64,000 nt of DNA from Gulosibacter massiliensis (GTDB taxonomy: Bacteria > Actinomycetota > Actinomycetes > Actinomycetales > Microbacteriaceae). Numbering within the stretch: position 1 is the stretch's first letter; each line of letters starts with the position of its first letter. This document shows, piece after piece, positions 11,536 through 19,333 of the stretch. A program made the translations under genes and the position numbers. Under the pieces are notes generated by a model. The model saw only the letters and a list, made by a program, of their open reading frames with translations, made no database searches and was not told where the DNA came from. The stretch covers positions 10,500 to 74,499 of the forward strand of contig CAMFDU010000001.1 in assembly GCA_945949175.1 (NCBI GenBank), read 5' to 3'.

Positions 11536-13188
11536 TTAGGTAGTGGTGCGCGCACGTCGACGCATACGTTGTTCCTCGGGATCCGGAACTGGCACGGCGG
11601 CGATGAGCCTCTTTGTGTAAGGGTCTTGCGGGTTACGCAGAATCTGATCCGTCGAACCCTGCTCTACGATTTTACCGTGATGCATGACCGCAATTCGGTC
11701 ACTGAGCAAATCAATCACCGCAAGGTCGTGCGAAATGAACAAAATCGCAAACTTTTGCACCTTTTGAATGGTCGTGAGAAGCTCTAAAACGCGAGCCTGA
11801 ACGGAGACATCGAGTGCTGAGGTCGGTTCATCCGCCACCAGAATGGAAGGGTTGAGTGCGAGCGCCCGTGCGATTCCGACACGCTGGCGCTGGCCACCCG
11901 AGAGTTCATGGGGGTATCGGTTGCGGTAGGTGCGGGGCAGTTCGACCATGTCGAGGAGGTCTTCGACCCGGGTAGAAATCTGCTCTGAACTGTAACCGCC
12001 GTTGAGGACGAGCGGTTCACCGATGCTTTGTCCAATTGGCCACCGCGGGTTGAGCGAGGATCCTGGGTCTTGGAACACGATTCCGATGTGGCGGCGGACC
12101 TCGCGCAGATCTTTCGCCGACACATTCACCATGTCTTGACCGGCAACGGTGATCGAGCCGCGCGTCACGGGCAACAACCCGACGACCGCTCGTCCGATCG
12201 TCGTCTTTCCAGACCCGGACTCACCGACCAGTCCAAGCACTTCACCGGGGTAAATGTCGATCGACACGTCTTCGGCTGCGCGGAACGCTGCGACCCGCCC
12301 GCGTTTCGGATACGTAATGTCAACATTCTTCAACGACAGCACCGGGGTTTCACCCTTGTGCGAATCCGCTTTTTTGCCGGACGCTGCGCCGGTGCCGAGG
12401 TGCGGAACAGCCGCAAGAAGCTCCTGCGTGTAGGCGACCTTGGCGTGTTTGTAAATGTCGATGACCGAACCAGACTCGACGACGCGTCCACTCTTCATTA
12501 CGAGAACGTGGTCAGCCATGTCGGCGACGACGCCCATGTCGTGCGTAATCAAAATGATGCCCGTACCGAGTCGTTCGTTGAGCGATCGAAGCAAATCAAG
12601 AATCTCCGCTTGGATCGTCACGTCCAGCGCAGTCGTCGGTTCGTCGGCAATCAGCACTTTGGGGTCACACGAAATCGACTGTGCAATCATCGCCCGCTGA
12701 CGCTGACCACCCGACAACTGGTGCGGATAGGAATCGAATGCTTTTTGTGGGTCGGGCAATTCGACGAGTCCGAGTAATTCGATCGCACGTGCCTTCGCCG
12801 CAGCCCGCGAGAGTTTTGGGTAGTGAACTTTCAGAGCCTCGACGATTTGGAACCCGATTGTGTATACCGGGTTCATCGCCGTCATCGGTTCTTGGAAAAT
12901 CACCGCAATCTCGCGGCCGCGAATCGCACGAATGCGTTCCGGTGTCGCGGTGAGCGTGTCTTCTCCACTGAGAAGAACTCGCCCCTGGGCGCGACCGTTT
13001 GGGGGCAACAGACCGAGCAGAGACATCGACGATGCGGATTTACCCGACCCCGACTCACCGACGATGGCAAGAACTTCGCCCGCGCGCACCGCATAGTTCA
13101 GGTCTTCGGCGGCCATCACCCATTCGCCGTCAACCCAAAAGTCCACGCCGAGGTTTTGTGCTTCGATTACCACTGGGTTCACGCTCAT
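11536..13188 (-). CDS. Peptide/nickel-type ABC transporter ATP-binding protein with two fused ATPase domains (DppD/DppF-like)
   Basis: Two Walker A motifs (GESGSGKS twice), two LSGGQRQR signatures and two ADEPTxALD Walker B motifs. Confidence 0.92.
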   Translation of the reverse strand: MSVNPVVIEAQNLGVDFWVDGEWVMAAEDLNYAVRAGEVLAIVGESGSGKSASSMSLLGLLPPNGRAQGRVLLSGEDTLTATPERIRAIRGREIAVIFQEPMTAMNPVYTIGFQIVEALKVHYPKLSRAAAKARAIELLGLVELPDPQKAFDSYPHQLSGGQRQRAMIAQSISCDPKVLIADEPTTALDVTIQAEILDLLRSLNERLGTGIILITHDMGVVADMADHVLVMKSGRVVESGSVIDIYKHAKVAYTQELLAAVPHLGTGAASGKKADSHKGETPVLSLKNVDITYPKRGRVAAFRAAEDVSIDIYPGEVLGLVGESGSGKTTIGRAVVGLLPVTRGSITVAGQDMVNVSAKDLREVRRHIGIVFQDPGSSLNPRWPIGQSIGEPLVLNGGYSSEQISTRVEDLLDMVELPRTYRNRYPHELSGGQRQRVGIARALALNPSILVADEPTSALDVSVQARVLELLTTIQKVQKFAILFISHDLAVIDLLSDRIAVMHHGKIVEQGSTDQILRNPQDPYTKRLIAAVPVPDPEEQRMRRRARTTT

Positions 13189-13208
13189 CGGGTCGCCTCC
13201 GTGACACC

Positions 13209-13790
13209 ATGGAGAACATGACCACGTTCGTGTCCCGCTCCGGTCGAGTATTGGCCGTCGTCTTTGTTCTTGTTTTCACTGGCGCCGCAGCAACCACCGC
13301 CGCAACAGGCGACGTCGTCGACGCCCTGCGTGGAGTCAGCATTACCGCATTCCTTGCACTGGCCATCTACGCAGCATTCTGGCGACCCCGACTCATCATC
13401 CGCGAGACCGGTATCAACGTACGAAACATCGTTGCGACCCACGAGATCGAGTGGGGTGCAATTGAACGCATTGACACCAAGTGGGGCTTGACTCTCTTCC
13501 TGAAAAACCGACGCATCTCGGTCTGGGCCGCACCCGCACCCAGTCGTTACGCCGCCATGTTCGCGAACCGCGACCAGGGGCAACACCTGCCCGAGACCAC
13601 CTATCTTGCGGGAACTGTTCGCCCCGGTGATCTCGTCAACAGCGATTCCGGCGGAGCAGCAGCTCTCGTTCGCCGGCACTGGGAACGTCGCACCAACGAC
13701 AGTGCTCGCGTCGAGTCCCGTGTCAACTTTGGCCTCATCATCGCGTTGTGCGTTTTGAGCGCCTTGGCAGCAACCGCCCTGGCCTTCTGA
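13209..13790 (+). CDS. PH-domain (bPH_6-like) membrane protein
   Basis: Part of ORF 12999..13790. Two N-terminal TM helices, then WRPRLIIRETGINVRNIVATHEIEWGAIERIDTKWGLTLFLKNRRISVWAAPAP, which fits the recalled bacterial PH-domain pattern, then a C-terminal TM helix. By hand count GC3 is about 68% in this frame and about 62% in the mirrored minus frame. Start is ATG 13209 or 13218; no strong RBS. Confidence 0.65.
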   Translation: MENMTTFVSRSGRVLAVVFVLVFTGAAATTAATGDVVDALRGVSITAFLALAIYAAFWRPRLIIRETGINVRNIVATHEIEWGAIERIDTKWGLTLFLKNRRISVWAAPAPSRYAAMFANRDQGQHLPETTYLAGTVRPGDLVNSDSGGAAALVRRHWERRTNDSARVESRVNFGLIIALCVLSALAATALAF

Positions 13791-13804
13791 AATCAATTCG
13801 CTCA

Positions 13805-14869
13805 TCATTTGCGACCCCCCATCAGTTCACGGAATTGGCGGGATAGGCTCATCGATTTGGGCATGTGGCGCTGGCGAGGGTCAAAAGCGTCTCGCAATCC
13901 ATCACCAATGAAGTTGATACACAGTGCGACAACCACAATGAAGAATCCGGGCCACCAGAACAACCAGGGTCGAGTCTTGAAAGCCTCGTTGTACTGGGAA
14001 ATGATTTGACCCAACGAGATATCCGGAGCCGTGATTCCGAATCCGAGGAACGACAACGCCGTTTCGGTCAGAATAGCTGCGCTCATGAGTAGCGTCGCAT
14101 TGACGACGACAATTCCAATGGAGTTTGGCAGGATGTGTCGGAAAATGATTCGGAAATTAGAGGCGCCAGCAACACGCGCCGCGTCGACGAACTCACGTTC
14201 CCGGAGGGCGAGGAACTCGCCGCGAACCAAACGCGAGAGCCCAGTCCACGACACGAGTCCGAGCAAGATTCCTAGCGAAATCGCGTTACCGCCGATCGTG
14301 CGGCCCAAAACCGCACCGAGGATGAGTCCCGGGATGATGATGATGGCATCGGTCATGCGCATGAGCAGGTTGTCGAGCCAACCGCGCATGAACCCGGCGA
14401 CCGCACCGATGACGACACCAAGAACAGTTGCAAGAACGCCGATCAGCGTCACAACGGTGAGCGACTGCTGAATGCCGCGCATGACGCGCGAGAAAATGTC
14501 TTTGCCCAAGGTGTCCTGACCGAACGGGTGTTCCCATGACGGGAGCCCGCCCGGGGTCGTGATTGGGTAGTTTTTATACCAGTCGTACGGCCACCATCCG
14601 CTGATGCGCATCCCGTCCAGAATGATTTCTCCACTGGCGGTGTCCGCAGCCAGTCGACCCGTACCGCCGATGATGGTGCCAACCGAGGTGAACGCCAGCA
14701 ACACTATTAATCCGAGAACGATCATGCTCGTGACGGCGGCCTTGTGTTGAAAGAATCGCCGCCGGACGACGGTCGAAAGGCTGAGCCCTTCGATCTGGCG
14801 TTGCTCGATTGTCAGTTCCGACAACGCGATCTGTTCCGTGTTCGGGGTGGAAACCTTTTTGCGCGCCAT
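13805..14869 (-). CDS. Peptide ABC transporter permease (DppC/OppC-like)
   Basis: 354 aa; binding-protein-dependent transport inner-membrane motif region (..REREFVDAARVAGASNFRIIFRHILPN..). Confidence 0.9.
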   Translation of the reverse strand: MARKKVSTPNTEQIALSELTIEQRQIEGLSLSTVVRRRFFQHKAAVTSMIVLGLIVLLAFTSVGTIIGGTGRLAADTASGEIILDGMRISGWWPYDWYKNYPITTPGGLPSWEHPFGQDTLGKDIFSRVMRGIQQSLTVVTLIGVLATVLGVVIGAVAGFMRGWLDNLLMRMTDAIIIIPGLILGAVLGRTIGGNAISLGILLGLVSWTGLSRLVRGEFLALREREFVDAARVAGASNFRIIFRHILPNSIGIVVVNATLLMSAAILTETALSFLGFGITAPDISLGQIISQYNEAFKTRPWLFWWPGFFIVVVALCINFIGDGLRDAFDPRQRHMPKSMSLSRQFRELMGGRK

Positions 14870-14871
14870 GA

Positions 14872-16422
14872 TTACGCCTCCGAAATGCGAATACGCGGGT
14901 CAAGGGCGGAGTACGCCAGGTCAGCGAGGATGTTGAAAATGACGGCGGCGACGCCGGTGACAAGGAATACCCCCATGACGAGGTTGACATCGACGTTTTG
15001 AAGGCCTTGATTGAACAACGCACCCATGCCTTGCCATGCGAAAACTCGCTCTGTGATGATGGCGCCTCCGATGACCGCCCCGAAGTCAAATGCGACAATC
15101 GTGGCAATTGGAATGAGGGTGTTGCGGAACGCGTGTCGCATGATGACCGTGGTCTCGGGAAGCCCCTTCGCCCGCGCTGTGCGCACATAATCCTGGTTGA
15201 GGACTTCGAGCAGAGTCGCGCGAGTGTAGCGCGTGTACCCAGCAACCGAAATAATCATGAGCGCAGCGGTCGGAAGAATGAGGTGCGTCGATGAGTCGAG
15301 CATGCGCATCCACGTGTCTTCACTGTTGGCAAGCACCGGCGTGTTTGCGCCAATCGTCGAAATCACGCCAGAGCGCAACGGGATGATTTGTACATACTCA
15401 CCCCAACGCATGAACATCTGGTCCAATACGAGTGGAGCGGTGGCAAGCGCACCGGTAATCGCCGCGACACGCATCGCCTCTGGGCGGTCATCTCCTCCGA
15501 AGAAGAAGCCGGCAGCCAATCCGACACCGGCCAGCAATATTGCGACGAGAGGGATGGCGAGCGGGTTGTTGAAGAAGAACCAGACGAATTGGAGTGGGTA
15601 CCACAAGGCAATCACCCCAAGCACGGTCGCACCGACCGAAACCTGGAGGGTTCGTTTCGTCAGGTTAGAAGTGACGAACAGCATCAAAGTGCCAATTCCG
15701 ATCCCCAAGAAGGCGACTCCAATGATACCAATCGATGGGTTTTTGAGCCACTGCGTGATGTCGAGAAGGATAAGAATCGCCGACGTCAGTGCGAAAGAGA
15801 TACCCGCCGTCCGAAGTCTCAACCGGAGGTGGCCGCCGACCACCGCCTGGACCACCAGCGCGAGGACAAAGCCTATGGCGAACGCGATCTCCCACGGGAT
15901 AGCGGGATTACCCAGAAATTCGTTGAAGCGAATCGCGCCGAATTCCTTGAGCAGAACGGCCACCCAAAAGATCGGGAGCGAATAAAAGATGAAAGCGGCG
16001 AAAGTCACGGTGTAGTCATATCCGCTGTACTGCCGAAGCGCGGTCGTCATGCCGATTGCGACACCGAACAAGATCGACAGGACGGTGGCAAGGATCACAA
16101 GGGACAGAGTCGACTCCATCGCATTACCCAACGCGCTGGCAACCGGTTCATCACCGCGCACCACGGACACACCCAGATTGCACTGGCCAATGACACAACT
16201 TGCAGCGCCGCCAAGCCATTTGAAGTAACGGAAGAACGGCGGTGTGTCCAAGTCCAGTTTCTCGGTGAGTGTGGCCCTCTTCGCAACCGATGCCGGGTCG
16301 TTTTGAGTACGAAGATCCTCGAGCGGGTCGCCTGAATTTGCCGTGAGCATGTAGACAATGAATGAAGCGACAAGCAACACCGCGAGCGTCGCCGCCAATC
16401 GGCGAGTGATAAAACTGAGCAT
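14872..16422 (-). CDS. Peptide ABC transporter permease (DppB/OppB-like) with a large internal multi-TM insertion
   Basis: ORF 14872..16473. Start set at ATG 16420-16422 (MLSFITRRLAATLAVLL...), preceded by AGGTAGGAAAAG. The EAA-type motif YVRTARAKGLPETTVIMRHAFRNTLIP sits near residue 430, whereas I recall it near residue 220 in typical DppB. Confidence 0.85.
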   Translation of the reverse strand: MLSFITRRLAATLAVLLVASFIVYMLTANSGDPLEDLRTQNDPASVAKRATLTEKLDLDTPPFFRYFKWLGGAASCVIGQCNLGVSVVRGDEPVASALGNAMESTLSLVILATVLSILFGVAIGMTTALRQYSGYDYTVTFAAFIFYSLPIFWVAVLLKEFGAIRFNEFLGNPAIPWEIAFAIGFVLALVVQAVVGGHLRLRLRTAGISFALTSAILILLDITQWLKNPSIGIIGVAFLGIGIGTLMLFVTSNLTKRTLQVSVGATVLGVIALWYPLQFVWFFFNNPLAIPLVAILLAGVGLAAGFFFGGDDRPEAMRVAAITGALATAPLVLDQMFMRWGEYVQIIPLRSGVISTIGANTPVLANSEDTWMRMLDSSTHLILPTAALMIISVAGYTRYTRATLLEVLNQDYVRTARAKGLPETTVIMRHAFRNTLIPIATIVAFDFGAVIGGAIITERVFAWQGMGALFNQGLQNVDVNLVMGVFLVTGVAAVIFNILADLAYSALDPRIRISEA

Positions 16423-16510
16423 GCTTTTCCTACCTACAACTTCATTGTTGGACGCCGGTAACCGTTGTGGCAATACTAGCCACTATGGTCGCGTTCGCGA
16501 TGCCCCACGC

Positions 16511-16550
16511 AATTAAACGGCAAAGGGCCGGGCGTTTTCACGCCCGGCCC
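16511..16550 (-). terminator. Intra-operon terminator/attenuator-like hairpin after the peptide-binding protein gene
   Basis: Minus strand: GGGCCGGGCG-TGAAAA-CGCCCGGCCC followed by TTTGCCGTTTAATT. Confidence 0.5.
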
Positions 16551-16572
16551 CAGCCTTGATGCGGTGAATCGG

Positions 16573-18381
16573 TTACTGCGCTGCAGCAGCCGGTGCCCAC
16601 TCCCAGTAGTTCCAGAAGTAGTTCGGTGACAGCGGGTTGTTCACAACACCGGTCGTTCCGTTGTCCCACCACGTCAAACCGGGGAACTGGAAGATCGGCA
16701 GTGACGCAGCGTCGCCCCACAGAGCAGCCTCGACGGCTGTCTGAAGTTCAACCTGCTTGGCTGGGTCGAGTTCCGTCTCGAGCGCCGACAGGTTTTCGTC
16801 AACCGTCGTGTTCGAGTAGTCCTGGAAGTTCGACGGCTTGCCGGTTCCGTACTGCTGGTCGTTACCCGTGATCGCGAGGCTGGTCGAGCTCCATGCGAAG
16901 ATGACCGCGTCGTGAGGGTTGATTTCGTAGATGGACGGGTCGGTGAACTCCCAGTCCGGCTCCGACGTGTCAATCACGTTGAATCCGGCCTTCAGCGAGT
17001 TCGCCTGGATGAGTTCGAGTTCCTGCTGGCGACGTACGTTGCCAGTGGGGTACCAGAACTTGACATCGATCGGCGTCGAAATTCCGGCTTCGGAAAGAAT
17101 ACCCGTCGCCTTTTCGACGCGCTCGGCGTCGGTTCCCGAATAGAAGTCCGAACCGTTGGCCGCAACGATCGCGTCGTAGTTAGGCGATCCGGGGATCGTC
17201 AACAACGAGTTGCGAAGCACAGCGTTGGGGTTCAGCGGCTTGATGATGGTGTCGAGGATCTGGTCGCGCGGAATCGTCAGCAAGAATGCCTGGCGAACTG
17301 CGAGAGCCTTGGCGGCGTCTCCATCATATGTCGCGGGGTCGAACGGTCCACCGTTGTTGAAGGTGAGGTCAACGTGCTCGTAAGCAGCCTCGTCTCCACC
17401 TTCGAAGGATCCGTTCTCGAGTCCCTGGACGAGTGCCAGCAGGTCAGCCGTGGGCTGTCCCGATGCGACCTGAACATCACCGTTGTCAACAGCCTGAACT
17501 GCTGCGGTGGGGTCGGCGATCTCACGAATCGTGATGCGCTCGTACTTGGGCGAAGGACCCCAAGTGTAGAGCGGGTTCGCCACGAGAGTCACGAACGAAT
17601 CGGCAACAACTTCTTCGATTCGGTAAGGACCGTTCGAGAGGAACAGGTTCTTGGCTGCACCAGTGGTCGGGTCAGTGTCCGCCGCAGTTGCGTCGGTCAT
17701 CTGGTAGCCCGTGTTCCATGCGTCTGCAACAGGCTTGAGCCATGCTTCGTCACCGGTCATTACGGCCTCAATGAGCTTCGCTTTCGCCTCGGCGGCGTCA
17801 GTGATCTCGGGGTACGCCATCATGACGGTGCCGTGTGCCGAGACGCCAACACCGAAGTTGATCTCCCAGTCGACGTAAGCCTTGTCATAGACGAACTCGA
17901 GAGACTTTCCATCGACTGTAGGAATCGTCGACGCGAGGTCATCGCGCGGCGCAGCGTGAAGGAACAGGTACTGGTCGTCGGCGTCCTTAAAGAAACCGAA
18001 ACCGGCAACCCACGAGAGGAGCATGTCGGCACCGTCAACCGCGACACCATCTGACCACTTCACAGCGTCGTTGATTGTGTACTTGACAGTGAGAGGCTCG
18101 TCGCTGGTCTTTTCATACGTTCCGAACTGCTCCTGCAAAAGGAGTTCTGGTGTGGCGTTGTAGTAGTTGAATCCAGAGTTCGAGATGTACAACGGAATCG
18201 AGTTGGCAACATTGTTACCGCTGGCCGACGCCGAGTTGAACTCCGATGCAATGTCATTCCAGGCGACCGAAATGGACGTCCCTTCGATGACCTCGGACTG
18301 GTACGGAAGCGCACAGCCAGAAAGAACGAGAACGCTCGTTCCGACGGCGGCTACCGAAGCGAGAATTCGCTTGGTTTTCAC
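16573..18381 (-). CDS. ABC transporter substrate-binding lipoprotein, family 5 (peptide/nickel)
   Basis: ORF 16573..18435. Start set at GTG 18379-18381 with AGGAGG 6 nt upstream. Lipobox in VKTKRILASVAAVGTSVLVLSGCA; about 600 aa, typical of SBP family 5. Confidence 0.88.
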   Translation of the reverse strand: MKTKRILASVAAVGTSVLVLSGCALPYQSEVIEGTSISVAWNDIASEFNSASASGNNVANSIPLYISNSGFNYYNATPELLLQEQFGTYEKTSDEPLTVKYTINDAVKWSDGVAVDGADMLLSWVAGFGFFKDADDQYLFLHAAPRDDLASTIPTVDGKSLEFVYDKAYVDWEINFGVGVSAHGTVMMAYPEITDAAEAKAKLIEAVMTGDEAWLKPVADAWNTGYQMTDATAADTDPTTGAAKNLFLSNGPYRIEEVVADSFVTLVANPLYTWGPSPKYERITIREIADPTAAVQAVDNGDVQVASGQPTADLLALVQGLENGSFEGGDEAAYEHVDLTFNNGGPFDPATYDGDAAKALAVRQAFLLTIPRDQILDTIIKPLNPNAVLRNSLLTIPGSPNYDAIVAANGSDFYSGTDAERVEKATGILSEAGISTPIDVKFWYPTGNVRRQQELELIQANSLKAGFNVIDTSEPDWEFTDPSIYEINPHDAVIFAWSSTSLAITGNDQQYGTGKPSNFQDYSNTTVDENLSALETELDPAKQVELQTAVEAALWGDAASLPIFQFPGLTWWDNGTTGVVNNPLSPNYFWNYWEWAPAAAAQ

Positions 18382-18550
18382 TGATTTCCTCCTAGGTAGG
18401 CACGTTGGTTTAAGACCGCGCGGTGCGCGTTTCATGCCTGTGTTCAGCCCAGACTATTGCTTTTTTGACCACAAATGTCAACTCCCATGAAACAGTTAGG
18501 TTAGTAAACGTATTCTGGATAGCTCGTGCATACGACGAAAGGAACCACTA

Positions 18551-19312
18551 ATGACCCGCACGAAGTGGGAAATCATCGTCGTTTTGCTTGTGAGTTACGG
18601 AATGTCGGCCCTCTATTCCGTCGTTGGAATCGCTAATCGCCTCACGCAGCCAACACCACTGTCACAGCAAACCGCGACGCTGAACAGGCCGCTTGCAACC
18701 CAAGAACTATTTGACCTCATCTATCAAGTCCTCGGTGTTGTGTCGGGACTGGCCCCCGTCGCGCTCGTGGTCTGGCTCGTGTGGCGCGACACTCCGCCAC
18801 GCCTCGGCGCGATCGGTATCGGGTGGTCGGATGGCTTTTCGTGGCGAAAAATGCGGCGCGAGATTGCCGTGGGTTTTGGTCTAGCCGCACTGATAGGAAT
18901 CCCGGGAATCGGCGTCTACCTTGCTGCGCGTGCCCTCAACCTGGGTGTAACGGTCGTCCCCACCGCCCTTGATGCCCACTGGTGGACCGTGCCCGTTCTG
19001 ATCCTCTGGGCTCTTCGCGCTGGAATTGGCGAAGAGGTCGTCGTCGTCGGCTACCTTTTTGACCGACTCAGGTCAATCGGGTGGACGCCGTGGATCATCA
19101 TCATCGCCGCCGCCGTTCTTCGCGGCACGTACCACTTGTATCAAGGGTTCGGGGGGTTCGCCGGCAACATCGCGATGGGTCTGATTTTTGGTGCGATTTA
19201 TGCGTGGAAGCGAAGGCTCGCCCCGCTGGTTATCGCGCACGTGCTGATCGACATCACTGCGTTCGTCGGTTACCCGTTCGCAATCAGTCTTTTCCCCGGC
19301 GTGTTCGCCTAA
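18551..19312 (+). CDS. CPBP family intramembrane glutamic endopeptidase (CAAX protease-like)
   Basis: Polytopic protein with GEEVVVVGYLFDRL (EExxxR-type motif) and ..HLYQG..; LVIAHVLIDITAF is the second His motif. Confidence 0.85.
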   Translation: MTRTKWEIIVVLLVSYGMSALYSVVGIANRLTQPTPLSQQTATLNRPLATQELFDLIYQVLGVVSGLAPVALVVWLVWRDTPPRLGAIGIGWSDGFSWRKMRREIAVGFGLAALIGIPGIGVYLAARALNLGVTVVPTALDAHWWTVPVLILWALRAGIGEEVVVVGYLFDRLRSIGWTPWIIIIAAAVLRGTYHLYQGFGGFAGNIAMGLIFGAIYAWKRRLAPLVIAHVLIDITAFVGYPFAISLFPGVFA

Positions 19313-19333
19313 GTCCCGTCGTGGGGCGTTGGA

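Noticed and set aside
13185-13808. The Cys-rich 207-aa minus-strand ORF as a real, translationally coupled opp operon member
   Set aside because: It is provisionally rejected as coding. It is the in-phase mirror of a plus-strand frame that has higher GC3 and a coherent TM/PH-domain architecture, and its Cys residues derive from mirrored GCA codons. It is kept as a finding because the ATGA junctions at both ends are striking.
16912-18054. 380-aa plus-strand ORF
   Set aside because: It is antisense to the peptide-binding protein gene. Shadow ORF with Arg/Val-rich composition.
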